64,000 nucleotides of DNA from assembly GCA_964489065.1 (NCBI GenBank), contig CAZAXH010000002.1, positions 120,099 through 184,098 on the forward strand, written 5' to 3'. The notes under the pieces were generated by a model. The model did no database searches, was not told where the DNA came from, and worked only from the letters and a program-made list of their open reading frames with translations. Source of the DNA: an uncultured Planctomycetales bacterium (lineage in GTDB: Bacteria > Omnitrophota > Gorgyraeia > Zapsychrales > JANLHA01). Shown piece by piece: positions 32,954-42,895 of the stretch (its first letter is position 1; each line of letters opens with the position of its first letter). The position numbers and the translations under genes were made by a program.

Positions 32954-32980
32954 CGCGGGAATTTCCCGCCTTTATTTAAG
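32954..32980 (+). terminator. rho-independent terminator after the outer-membrane protein gene
   Basis: GC stem GCGGG/CCCGC with a short loop, followed by CTTTATTT. Confidence 0.5.
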
Positions 32981-33139
32981 GCGGGGATGAGAGCCGGATC
33001 CGGAAATGGAATTCTGGGACAACGATTAGCCCTGCAGGGCTTGAGACAGCAAGTTCCGCTCCTGTGAAGGCGTGGAAATCGGATGCCGTCGGATTGTTGA
33101 GTTCGGGCGGTGTTTTCTGTGAGGAGAGGAGATGATATT

Positions 33140-33322
33140 ATGGAAAGAGCATTGAGGGGGATCGCCGGTTTTGCTGTTATGTTAAGCGTGCTTCTCGCGC
33201 ATTATGTTGACGAACGCTGGCTGTGGTTCACCGTTTTTGTGGGACTTAATCTTTTTCAGTCGGCGTTTACGAACTGGTGCCCGATGATGGTGATTTTTAG
33301 GAAATGCGGTATGAAAAAATAA
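33140..33322 (+). CDS. DUF2892 (YgaP-like) small membrane protein
   Basis: Two TM helices and a conserved NWCP motif. Confidence 0.55.
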   Translation: MERALRGIAGFAVMLSVLLAHYVDERWLWFTVFVGLNLFQSAFTNWCPMMVIFRKCGMKK

Positions 33323-33481
33323 AGAAGGGCGCTCGCGGATAACCTTCTTCTGCCGCTATGTTTCATCCTTCGGCGTAGCTTCTTCCGTTTAAGATATCTT
33401 TAAAAAAGTTGTTTTATCAGGCAACCGGTGAGAAAATAGGAAAAAACGACGGGGCTGTTTTTGTGCGGGAGGGGAATATCC

Positions 33482-33829
33482 ATGAAAAAGATTGTATCGG
33501 GGTTAAAGATGTGGGCAGGGGCCGGGTTTTTGGCCACGATGCTGATCCTGGGAAATTCAAGCGCGGCCTTGGCGCAGGGGTTTTTATATTCTGTCCCGAT
33601 TCTTGACCAGGAGGCGGTTCAGTCTCTGTCGGATGAGAAGCTACTGGAAATTTACGTGGATGTCCTCGTTGATCTGGAGGCCAGCACGACCTTCAGCCGG
33701 ACGGCGGGGTTCAATAAGAATGAATATATAAAGTTTAAAGAGCTCATCTATTTCCGAGTCAGATTATTTAACGAAATCAAGCGGCGCCGGCTTGAAGTTC
33801 CCCAGACCGGTTCGCCCTGTTATTCTTAG
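33482..33829 (+). CDS. hypothetical secreted protein
   Basis: RBS GGGAGGGG upstream and a signal peptide (...SSAALAQG). Confidence 0.4.
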   Translation: MKKIVSGLKMWAGAGFLATMLILGNSSAALAQGFLYSVPILDQEAVQSLSDEKLLEIYVDVLVDLEASTTFSRTAGFNKNEYIKFKELIYFRVRLFNEIKRRRLEVPQTGSPCYS

Positions 33830-33856
33830 GCCATTGGAACGAAAGGATTTCTTACC

Positions 33857-34423
33857 GTGGGGTATTCCGCAGACAATCAGGACAAGGAGAAGCTTTTTTC
33901 TATTCTCAAACAGCAGGCTTTTTTCCGGGAGAAGATTATTTTATCATCCGGCAAAGAAAGCGATTATTATATCGACGCCAGAAGGGTCACGCTCCTTTCG
34001 GAAGGGGTTTACCATGCCGCGCGGGTCATATGGGATTTCGCCCGGCAGCAGCGTTTTGACGCCATCGGCGGCCCCACGTTAGGAGCCGATCCGCTGTTGG
34101 GGGCACTGAACGTTTTGGCTCACCAGGACAACCGTTCCTTAAAAACTTTTATTATCCGCAAAGCCCCCAAGGCGCACGGGAAGCAGCAGCAGATAGAAGG
34201 GCCGTTGCTCCCGCCAGGGGCGGACTGCCTGTTGGTGGATGACGTGGCAACGACCGGAAAAGCTTTCTTGCAGTCGCTGGATGTCCTCGGCCAGGCCGGA
34301 TTTAAATCCCGCGCGGCGATTTGCCTTGTCGACCGGCAGGAAGGGGCGAAAGAGGCGCTGGCGGCCCGGGGCTGTCAGCTGATTTCTCTTTTTACAGCCG
34401 CTGATTTCTTGCGGGACAGGTAA
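33857..34423 (+). CDS. pyrE: orotate phosphoribosyltransferase
   Basis: PRTase motif LLVDDVATTGKA; 188 aa. Confidence 0.8.
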   Translation: MGYSADNQDKEKLFSILKQQAFFREKIILSSGKESDYYIDARRVTLLSEGVYHAARVIWDFARQQRFDAIGGPTLGADPLLGALNVLAHQDNRSLKTFIIRKAPKAHGKQQQIEGPLLPPGADCLLVDDVATTGKAFLQSLDVLGQAGFKSRAAICLVDRQEGAKEALAARGCQLISLFTAADFLRDR

Positions 34424-34441
34424 TCCGCCGATATTGATCAC

Positions 34442-35029
34442 ATGAAAGCGCATCCTAAAATCATTTTAGCCTCCGCATCACAGCGGCGGGAAAAACTTCT
34501 GCGGGAAGCCGGATTGACGTTTGACGTTGTTCCCAGCCGGGCGGAGGAACAACATCACCTGACATCATCCTGCCCGGCCCTGGTCAAGCACAACGCCCTT
34601 TTAAAGGCGAACGATGTCGCCGTACGGTTGAAAGAGGGAATCGTGATCGCCGCCGATACCCTTGTGTTTGATGGAGAAAAAAACGTGGTGGGCAAGCCGC
34701 GTCACGCCAGGGAAGCGGCCGCGGTTCTTGAGCGGCTCTGCCGTTTACCGCACTGGGTTTACACCGGAGTCGCGGTGGCGGATATTTCCGGGGGGCGGCG
34801 GATCGTGGACTACGAAAAGACAAAAGTTTTCATGCAGCCTTTATCGGCGGAAGAAATTGGCCGGTATCATCAAAAGGTTTCGCCTCTGGATAAAGCCGGC
34901 GGTTATAACATTGAAGAATGGGGCGGTTTGTTTATTGACCGTATCGAAGGGTGTTACACAAATGTCATGGGGTTGCCCATGGCCAAACTTCGGATCATGC
35001 TCAAACAATGCGGGGTGTTTTTACTATGA
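34442..35029 (+). CDS. maf: Maf-like nucleoside triphosphate pyrophosphatase
   Basis: N-terminal ILASASQRR and conserved Maf motifs (IAADTLV, YTGVAV). Confidence 0.85.
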   Translation: MKAHPKIILASASQRREKLLREAGLTFDVVPSRAEEQHHLTSSCPALVKHNALLKANDVAVRLKEGIVIAADTLVFDGEKNVVGKPRHAREAAAVLERLCRLPHWVYTGVAVADISGGRRIVDYEKTKVFMQPLSAEEIGRYHQKVSPLDKAGGYNIEEWGGLFIDRIEGCYTNVMGLPMAKLRIMLKQCGVFLL

Positions 35030-35817
35030 ACCGGAAAATAGCCTGGATGATTTCCCTATGGGCCTGTGTTGGAGCGGTTGGAGGCTGCGCTTCGGAATAT
35101 AATCTCGCTACAGGCCGGGAAGAGCGTCTCTTGTACGGGACGGAGAAAGAAGTCAGCATCGGGGACGCTGTCGCCCGTCAGGTCGAACAGAATTATCCGA
35201 TCAGCCGGGATGTGGACCTGAACCAGCGGATGGAAACGATCCTGGACCGCCTGGTTCCGGTGGTTGACCGGAAAGACCTGGTTTACACGATCCGGGTGAT
35301 TGATGAGGACACGGTCAACGCCGTGAGCCTCCCCGGTGGATATGTTTATGTTTTCAGGGGCTTGATTGATAAGGCGCAAACAGATGACCAGCTCGCCGGT
35401 GTCGTGGCGCATGAACTGGGGCACATCACAGCCCGGCATGGAATCAAGCGGATGCAGACTCTATACGGATACGCGCTGCTGCAGGGGCTGGCCATCGCCT
35501 CCCAGGATGCGGACGCGGTTGTGGGAGTCAACGCGATTTATACCAGTGTTTTTCTGGCGTATTCCCGGCAGGATGAGTTTGAAGCCGACCGTTTGGCTGT
35601 GAAATATATGAAGAAGGCCGGGTATGATCCTGAAGAAATGATCAAAGTCCTGGAGATCCTGAAAAAAGAGGAAGAGCGGGCGCCCGCCCGCCCGGTCAGC
35701 TATTTCCGGACTCACCCTTATCTTGCTGAAAGAATGGGGGTCGTGCATCAGGCGATCACCGGAGAACTGCGGTTTAAGGATTATTTGAATTTAACGGGGA
35801 GTGAAGTTCGATTATGA
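35026..35817 (+). CDS. M48 family zinc metalloprotease lipoprotein (HtpX/BepA-like)
   Basis: Lipoprotein-type signal (GGCAS) and zinc motif HELGHITARH with a downstream E. ATGA overlap with maf. Confidence 0.8.
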   Translation: MNRKIAWMISLWACVGAVGGCASEYNLATGREERLLYGTEKEVSIGDAVARQVEQNYPISRDVDLNQRMETILDRLVPVVDRKDLVYTIRVIDEDTVNAVSLPGGYVYVFRGLIDKAQTDDQLAGVVAHELGHITARHGIKRMQTLYGYALLQGLAIASQDADAVVGVNAIYTSVFLAYSRQDEFEADRLAVKYMKKAGYDPEEMIKVLEILKKEEERAPARPVSYFRTHPYLAERMGVVHQAITGELRFKDYLNLTGSEVRL

Positions 35818-36302
35818 GGGGAGACCTGATTCCAAGACGGTGGGCGTTTGTTTGTGTGCTGACGCTTCCGCTGCTTTTTTCCTGCCGGATGGCGGAGCCC
35901 AGGGACCAGGTGTGCTTCCCCGGCGCCTGCTATGATGTGGAGTTGGCGTTAACGCCGGAAACCCGCCAGCGGGGGCTGCAGCGCCGGGTCCAGATGCCTA
36001 CGGACCACGGCATGCTCTTTGTTTTTCCGAAGAGTTCCGCATACGGGTTCTGGATGAAAGAAACCCTTATCCCCCTGGATATGATTTGGATGGACCACAA
36101 CCGCCGTATTGTCCACATTGAAGAGCATGTCCCTCCCTGTGAAACAACAGCTCAAGATTGTCCGGTTTATACCCCGCCGCAGCCGGCTTTGTACGTTTTG
36201 GAATTAAACGCGGGACAGGCGGCGGAAAAATGTTTAAAGGCCGGCCTGACAGCCGAGTTTCATCTGGCCCCTCAACCTCCGGCAGATAAAACGGCCCAAT
36301 AG
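35814..36302 (+). CDS. DUF192 domain protein
   Basis: DUF192 pattern (MLFVFP...GFWMKETLIPLDMIWMD) preceded by a signal-like N-terminus. Confidence 0.6.
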   Translation: MRGDLIPRRWAFVCVLTLPLLFSCRMAEPRDQVCFPGACYDVELALTPETRQRGLQRRVQMPTDHGMLFVFPKSSAYGFWMKETLIPLDMIWMDHNRRIVHIEEHVPPCETTAQDCPVYTPPQPALYVLELNAGQAAEKCLKAGLTAEFHLAPQPPADKTAQ

Positions 36303-36519
36303 AAAGCCGGGATTGAATTTCACGAATTATTTTTTACCCGCGTGTGTTCCTTTCCTTAAATCTTTGAAAGTAATAAAGTTAATTCTAATCCAAATCTTGC
36401 TCTTATTCATAAGGTATGATATATTTAATTTACCCTTTCAAATCACCCTGTCCCAAGATTTTTGACAAATCTTGTCTTATCTCATTCTATAATTTTTTAA
36501 AAGCGGGAGGAAAACCCAG

Positions 36520-39500
36520 ATGATGAGTTATTTCCGGAATTGCCGTAACCAGTGGTCTTACAAACTTCTTGTGTCATTTGTCAGTTATTCTTTTGTGGCG
36601 GGACTGATCCTGCCTCCTGTGACGCTTTTGGCCGCTGAACCTCAAAAAGGGATTCTCGGCCTGCCGATGCCCGGGTCAATGGTGCTGAAAAGCGACGTTT
36701 ACACCCCGGCATGCCTGAAAGGCATTAAGATTGACCCGCAGAATCCTTTGAAATTTGATTTTATTATTGATTCCGGCAAAGACGAGTTGACAGGGCAGGC
36801 CCTGGAAGAAGAGGCTAGCAAGCTGATTAAATATTTTTTGGCGACCCTGACGATTCCCGAAGAAGACCTGTGGGTGAACCTTTCCCCATATGAAAGCGAC
36901 CGGATCATCCCTGAAGGCTTTGGCCTTACGGAGATGGGCCGGGACCTTCTGTCCCAGGATTACATGCTCAAACAGCTTGTGGCGTCTTTGATTTATCCGG
37001 AACAGGATTTGGGGCAGGAATTCTGGCAAAGAGTGTATGACCGCGCGGCCAAGGAGTACGGCACAACCAATATCCCGATCAACACGTTCAATAAAGTGTG
37101 GATCATTCCGGAGGACGCTTTGGTCGTCGAGCATAACGGCAGCGCTTTTGTCGTGGACAGCCATTTGAAGGTGATGCTGGAAGAAGACTATCTCGCTTTG
37201 GAAAAGAATCTGGCCAATCAGAAACTCGGCACGACCAAGATCACCGAGGATTACGTGAAAACGTTAAGCAAGGTCTCTTCGGATGTGGTCCGGGAAATCC
37301 TTCTCCCGGAGATTGAAAAAGAAGTGAACGAGGGGAAAAATTTCGCCAAGCTCCGGCAGATCTATAATTCCATGATTTTGGCCACCTGGTATAAACAGAA
37401 CCTGCGGGCGACTCTCCTGGGCCAGGTGTATGTGAATAAAGGGAAAATCAAAGGGGTGGATGTTGATGACCGGGAGATAAAACAAAAGATTTATGAGCAG
37501 TATCTGGAAGCCTTCCGGAAAGGTGTTTATAACTATATCCGGGAAGATTATGACCTGGCGTCGAAACAGGTCATCCCCCGGAAATATTTTTCCGGCGGTT
37601 TTGACGCGTCTGCCATGTCCAGCGCGGTCCGGGCCGTGGATCTTCAGGATATCCCGCTGTCGTCTCCTTTGCGGGCGAGGGTGGATCAGGGCTTGAACAT
37701 TTCCAGCCCTGTGGTTCAGGTATCGGCGATTCTGGCGGAAAACCCTTCAGAAACCTTGGCGGCAAAGGGGGTTGTTACGGCAGAGGACATTACAACCCCG
37801 GTTGTGGTGGCTTCACCGGTCGTGGTTTCCCCGGAAATTTTGAAATTGTACCAGGGTGATATTGAGGAGTTGCAGCGTGTCGCTTTTGATTACGGCGACA
37901 GATCTTTTATCGCGGATGAGAACCGGGCGGTTGCCAAGAGTGAACTGGCCCGGGAGAGAAGAATTCAAGGACTGCTTCTTTTGGCTAGCCGGAACGCTTT
38001 GCCGTTTGAGATCGCGGAAAAGACCGGGACCCATTTGACGGATCTGGTGAATGTGGCGAATGAAATAGTCTCCGAGGGGTATAGTGAGCGGTTATCCCAG
38101 GCGTTGACCGAGGCCGAAAATGCACTTTTGCAAAATTTGAACGAAACGGAACTTACTGTTTTGTACCAGGCGGCTTTATCATCTCCGATCGCGGCAGGCA
38201 CAAGCCGGTTTCAGGATCTTAGTCCCTTCGGCCAGCAGTACGCGGAGTTGCGGGTTCGTCATTACCTCGGGTATGTGGTGGGGTCGCAGGGAAGAGGCGG
38301 GGTGACTGAGGCGCAGGCTGCGGCATTCCTGTCAAGGCTCAATGCGGATATATCACGCATGGTTCAGGCAGGTCGCACTTTAAAAGAAATCGGCGAGCAC
38401 TATTTCCCAGAATTGAGCGACGAAACCCGGGCCTTTGTTGAACATTCCCGGACCCAATATGAATTGAACAGAAAATCCAACGCCAGAGTCATGGCCGATG
38501 TCCTGATCGCGTCTTTGTCGGCTTCCGAAACGGACCGCTATGACAGGGCGACGATAAAAGCGGAACCGATAACTTTTCCTTCACGCTGGCCGCAACTGGA
38601 TGTTTTCAACGCTTTGGAAAGAATCGTGCGGGAGCGGGGCCAGGTGCTCGTCAGCCCTTCGTCGCCGGTTTCGCAGCAGTTTGCGCAGCTGTCGACTGAT
38701 GAAGTTGTGGGGGACCTAGCACGCAATTTCGGGCAATCATATGACACGATGATTTCTTTGGTGCCTTTTTTGGCAGAGACCACGGGGGTGTCGGAAGAGA
38801 GGATCCTGCGGGAGCTCAATGATGACACGTACAAGGTTTTTGCCAATCAGTTGTCCCAGATCTCGGAGATGGTCAAAGCCCGGGAGATTTTCCCGGAACA
38901 GGTGACTGTGCGGGTTTCTATGGAAGAGCCGGAGCAGGCGCCGATACAACTGGCGGGAGAGAGGACGGTCCCGAATGTCTTGTTCTGGCCCATGAAAGGC
39001 GACCCGTGGCAGTCCGGGCACATCTGGATGATCTTGGAAGCGATCATCAAGAACAAGATCGATAAGGTTGTGATCATGATCGACAACAGCGATCCGACCC
39101 GGAAACCGGATTTAAGTTCGTTGACGATCCGGGAGGCGTTTTCCCGGGTGATTTTTGACAAGTATTTAAAGCCGTTCGTCCAGTACACCACGCTCCCTAA
39201 AGAGATGCTGGAATTGTTTTCCGCGGATGGCGAAACGGTGATTTTTTATTTCGCGGAACTTAACGCGAACCAGCCCATGAACCTGTTTTACGGCGCGGGG
39301 TCGGACCACGCGAATTTGTATGCCCTGAAGAAGTCGGTAATTACGTCAGGCGATTTTACGAGCACGATCGCGGGGATCGAAAACGCGGCGGAGCGCCAGC
39401 GGATTCAGCAGATGTTTGCCAACGCGGGCTATATTGATGAACAAGGGCGGCCGATAACACAGGCGTTTGATTTCCTGGTCGAACGGTTGAAAGAACGGGG

Positions 39501-42500
39501 ATACCTGGATGAGAAAGGCAAACCGGTGAGCGGGAAGTTTACCGCCTATTATGAGGAAGGCAGGCCGGAAGAACTGTTGTTGAGCGATCTGCAAGATACA
39601 GGTTTGGAAACGGAAGACGCCCGGAGGATCGTGTATCAGGCGCTGTTCGCCCCGGATGTCCCGCGGAAGATTTATAACAAAATGACGGCCGGAGAACAGG
39701 GCTTAAGAGGGTTCCAGACCCGAAAAGATATCCAGAAGATGAACATTGTTTTCAGTCAGCGTCCGGGGGAAGGAATTGATGAGAAACTCCTTAAAGCGTA
39801 TGAGGAGAAGCTGGCGGTGGAGTTAAACGCGCGGGGATTGCCAAGGCTGGGCTTGTCAACCATTTTCCAGCCGATAGACGCGTCATCCACCGATGTGCGC
39901 AAGCGCGGGCAGTTCTGGAAGGTGCCATGGGTATCGCTGCAGGTGGCGAACGCGTTTAAGATGTGGGGGTATGAAATGGATGGGAACAGTTCCCAACAGG
40001 AAGGGCGGGCGGCGAATTTGAGGCAAATCGCGTCCCGAGTCCTGGCCGGTGACCTTAGCGAGGAAGCGCGGAGAGCCGCTTTGGATCAGATCCGGATGGC
40101 TGTGAGCGCGTTAAATGGGTTGGGTTTGGACGCTTTTGACAAATATGTCATGGGCGAGATTATAAAGGTAGAGGCTGCCTTAAGGACGCCGGCCGGCGAG
40201 CAGGAAATGGCGCGGTTGGAAGTTGTCGATGCCTGGCTGAAACAAGTACGGGGACTGATTTTCGCGCAGGCACAAACCCTGGCGGAGCAGGCCATGGATA
40301 ACCCTCTCCCCATCCGGCGGCAAGACCAGCAAAGGATGAGGGATTTACTGGTGGGCGGGCGGGTGGTGCCTCCTGCGGTGGTGAGGGAGTATTATCAGAC
40401 CCGTAGCCAGCGGGGCCTGTCGCTTGAGCCGGAGGCGATGGCCGTCGAGTTGGGGGTGACCCCGGCTCTCATCAGGGCCACTATGTCCTCTCCGGTCGTT
40501 AAAAAGATCCTTGTCGTGGATGACACGGAAGAAGTGAGGGATTTGAACAGGGATATTTTTAGTACCATCTTCTCCGGGGCGGAAGTTATCACGGCCGTGA
40601 ACGGCGAAGAAGGGTTGAGGACGTTCCGGGAGAATCCGGATATAGATCTCGTGGTTACCGATCTTGAAATGCCGGTGATGAACGGGGAGCAGATGGCCCG
40701 AACGATCCATTCCGAGCGTGGTGGTGTGCCGGTGGTCCTGGTTTCCGGGAATAACACAGAAGTGCAGCGGCTGTCCAAAGTGGATGAGGCCTCGGGATTG
40801 AAAAGCGGTCTTTTCACCGAAGTGATTCAGAAACCGTATCAGCTTAAGGCGATTATTGATTTAAAAGCCAGGTTGTCTTCTTCCCCTATTGTTAATAAGA
40901 TTTTGGTCGTGGATGATGTTGCCGGTATTAGAATGCTGTTGCAGGATGAATTGGGCGATATCTTTACCGAGGCTGAAATCATTACCGCTGCCAACGGGGA
41001 AGAAGGGTTGAAGATGTTCCGGGAGAACCCGGATATAGGCCTGGTTGTGACCGACCTGCAAATGCCGGTGATGAACGGGGAAGAGATGGCCAAAACGATC
41101 CGTTCTGAGCGTGATGTGCCGGTCGTTCTGATGACAGCCAACAGCCAGGAGATGACGCGGTTATCCGTCGTTGATGAGACATCGGGATTGAAGAGCGGGC
41201 TTTTTATGGATGTGATTGAAAAGCCTTACAGCTCTGACGCGATCACGGCTTTAAAAGATCAATTGTCCGTGTCGTCTCCGATTCAAAATAAAATTACCCT
41301 TACCGCGGAAGATATGGACGTCATCGGGAATATCCTGGATATTGACCGGGAAGTTTACGGGGATCAGGACGCCTGGGCTTATGCGGCGATCCGGGTTTTG
41401 CTGGCCAATCAGCTTCAGTATCCGGAGGCCATGCCGCCGTTAAGGCAGTCGGCCAGAATTTTAGGCATCAAATGGCAGGATGGAGCTTATCCGATAGAAG
41501 ACGCCATGTTCAGGCTGCTTCCGGCCAGTTTGGCGGTCGGTTATAATCTGCGGGATGTCAATGCGTACCGGACATTAAAAGAAGCCATTGATCTGGAACG
41601 GGCCGGTCAATTCGGCGATGCGGAGAATAAACTGGCCGAAATCGAAGGGGTTGATAATCAGAAGGCGGATCAGATATTGAAAATGGCGGCGGCGGTCTTT
41701 AATAATTCCGTCGCGTTATCCATTGACAATGACCTTGATCTGCAGATGACCATGCTGGGGGCCGGACGGGCGGAAAGAATGCCCCTCGTGGACTTCGTCG
41801 CCATTTCCCGCACGGCTCCGTTGCAGCTGACGGCGGAGAATAAAGAGAGGCTGAATGTCCTTCTCAACGAGGCCGAAACGGTTCTGCAGCGGGTGGAGAT
41901 TGAAACGGTTGAAGACCGTGTCGTCCTGGAGCAAATCCGTAAGGACGTGACGGGTATTTTAGAAGAAGCCGGCGCGATCTTTTCAACGTTCGCGCTTGAG
42001 GAGGAATTGAGAAAATCCACTCCGGCCGAGGAAGCGGTGCGGTTGCAGCAGGTCATAACTACGATGGCGGAGATTGAAGCCAAGCTGGGGCCTTCTCCGG
42101 CGGCGGATCTGGCCTCGGAGGAAGAGGTCTCTTCTCCGGTCCAGGTGGTGGAAAAAACAATGGATAAATTCCGGCTGCAGAACCGCGCCACCAGGGAGTT
42201 ATTAGACGGATTTGTCAACGGCTCGATTGAGAGAAACACCGCTGGCCGGGAGCTCAACCGGCTGCTTCGGACGGAAAGACAGGCTCGGGGCGTTTCCTCG
42301 GGAGGGGTGCTCAATTTCGCGCAGCGGTTGAATGGCCAATTAGAAGCGCAATCATCGCCCCTCGGCGGTATCAACCTGAACCCGGCTTTGTTAAACTTGC
42401 AGATCAAACGGGACAATAACGGCGTGCCGCTGCCTTTGCCGCAGCAGCCTGTCGGGGATATGAATATTGACGGATTTGTGCCGGTCATCATCAATATTAC

Positions 42501-42678
42501 GCCTATCCCGAATCTGCCGATGCTGCTGGGCAGAAACCTGGGGGACGCCCCGGCGCAGGGTGTTCCGGCTGCGGAGAAAGAAGGCCATAAGCAGGGACCG
42601 TCTCAACCATCGGAAAAAACAGGCGTCCAGTTTTTCTTTGATGATAAAGATCAGTTGAGCTTGTTGAATTACAATTAA
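36520..42678 (+). CDS. giant multidomain protein: signal/anchor, helical regions, divergent HxGH-type nucleotidyltransferase-like segment and tandem REC receiver domains
   Basis: Uninterrupted 2052-codon ORF with RBS GGGAGG 7 nt upstream. Hydrophobic N-terminus. Central FWPMKGDPWQSGH...TSTIAG resembles the cytidylyltransferase/NadD motifs (FDPxHxGH, ISSTxIR). Two REC domains carry canonical DD, D, S/T and K positions (ILVVDD...VVTDLEMPVMNG...VLVSG...QKPY). Confidence 0.85.
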   Translation: MMSYFRNCRNQWSYKLLVSFVSYSFVAGLILPPVTLLAAEPQKGILGLPMPGSMVLKSDVYTPACLKGIKIDPQNPLKFDFIIDSGKDELTGQALEEEASKLIKYFLATLTIPEEDLWVNLSPYESDRIIPEGFGLTEMGRDLLSQDYMLKQLVASLIYPEQDLGQEFWQRVYDRAAKEYGTTNIPINTFNKVWIIPEDALVVEHNGSAFVVDSHLKVMLEEDYLALEKNLANQKLGTTKITEDYVKTLSKVSSDVVREILLPEIEKEVNEGKNFAKLRQIYNSMILATWYKQNLRATLLGQVYVNKGKIKGVDVDDREIKQKIYEQYLEAFRKGVYNYIREDYDLASKQVIPRKYFSGGFDASAMSSAVRAVDLQDIPLSSPLRARVDQGLNISSPVVQVSAILAENPSETLAAKGVVTAEDITTPVVVASPVVVSPEILKLYQGDIEELQRVAFDYGDRSFIADENRAVAKSELARERRIQGLLLLASRNALPFEIAEKTGTHLTDLVNVANEIVSEGYSERLSQALTEAENALLQNLNETELTVLYQAALSSPIAAGTSRFQDLSPFGQQYAELRVRHYLGYVVGSQGRGGVTEAQAAAFLSRLNADISRMVQAGRTLKEIGEHYFPELSDETRAFVEHSRTQYELNRKSNARVMADVLIASLSASETDRYDRATIKAEPITFPSRWPQLDVFNALERIVRERGQVLVSPSSPVSQQFAQLSTDEVVGDLARNFGQSYDTMISLVPFLAETTGVSEERILRELNDDTYKVFANQLSQISEMVKAREIFPEQVTVRVSMEEPEQAPIQLAGERTVPNVLFWPMKGDPWQSGHIWMILEAIIKNKIDKVVIMIDNSDPTRKPDLSSLTIREAFSRVIFDKYLKPFVQYTTLPKEMLELFSADGETVIFYFAELNANQPMNLFYGAGSDHANLYALKKSVITSGDFTSTIAGIENAAERQRIQQMFANAGYIDEQGRPITQAFDFLVERLKERGYLDEKGKPVSGKFTAYYEEGRPEELLLSDLQDTGLETEDARRIVYQALFAPDVPRKIYNKMTAGEQGLRGFQTRKDIQKMNIVFSQRPGEGIDEKLLKAYEEKLAVELNARGLPRLGLSTIFQPIDASSTDVRKRGQFWKVPWVSLQVANAFKMWGYEMDGNSSQQEGRAANLRQIASRVLAGDLSEEARRAALDQIRMAVSALNGLGLDAFDKYVMGEIIKVEAALRTPAGEQEMARLEVVDAWLKQVRGLIFAQAQTLAEQAMDNPLPIRRQDQQRMRDLLVGGRVVPPAVVREYYQTRSQRGLSLEPEAMAVELGVTPALIRATMSSPVVKKILVVDDTEEVRDLNRDIFSTIFSGAEVITAVNGEEGLRTFRENPDIDLVVTDLEMPVMNGEQMARTIHSERGGVPVVLVSGNNTEVQRLSKVDEASGLKSGLFTEVIQKPYQLKAIIDLKARLSSSPIVNKILVVDDVAGIRMLLQDELGDIFTEAEIITAANGEEGLKMFRENPDIGLVVTDLQMPVMNGEEMAKTIRSERDVPVVLMTANSQEMTRLSVVDETSGLKSGLFMDVIEKPYSSDAITALKDQLSVSSPIQNKITLTAEDMDVIGNILDIDREVYGDQDAWAYAAIRVLLANQLQYPEAMPPLRQSARILGIKWQDGAYPIEDAMFRLLPASLAVGYNLRDVNAYRTLKEAIDLERAGQFGDAENKLAEIEGVDNQKADQILKMAAAVFNNSVALSIDNDLDLQMTMLGAGRAERMPLVDFVAISRTAPLQLTAENKERLNVLLNEAETVLQRVEIETVEDRVVLEQIRKDVTGILEEAGAIFSTFALEEELRKSTPAEEAVRLQQVITTMAEIEAKLGPSPAADLASEEEVSSPVQVVEKTMDKFRLQNRATRELLDGFVNGSIERNTAGRELNRLLRTERQARGVSSGGVLNFAQRLNGQLEAQSSPLGGINLNPALLNLQIKRDNNGVPLPLPQQPVGDMNIDGFVPVIINITPIPNLPMLLGRNLGDAPAQGVPAAEKEGHKQGPSQPSEKTGVQFFFDDKDQLSLLNYN
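40498..41280 (+). repeat. tandem in-frame duplication (~390 bp unit) encoding the two REC domains of the giant ORF
   Basis: Two consecutive units translate to near-identical receiver domains (KKILVVDDTEEV... vs NKILVVDDVAGI...). The mirrored spurious antisense ORFs at 40395..40817 and 40839..41141 reflect the DNA-level repeat. Confidence 0.7.
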
Positions 42679-42702
42679 GTTCATGGCTTTTTCATGAATT
42701 AG

Positions 42703-42775
42703 AGTATAAAAACCCCTTTGGGCGGTTAGGTATCGAAGATGATGCTGAAACCCCAAGGGGGTTTTCTTTGTATAA
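42703..42775 (+). terminator. putative terminator hairpin after the giant ORF
   Basis: CCCCTTTGGG ... CCCCAAGGGGG inverted repeat with a large loop, followed by TTTTCTTT. Confidence 0.35.
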
Positions 42776-42895
42776 ATTAAGAATGTCCTTCCCCATTGAT
42801 GGCGGGGCTTGTATAATTTTTGATTAAGAAAGAGCGCCGGCTTCAACTTTTAATATTTAACCCTACAATGAAACAACGCGCCTGACCTGACTTTT

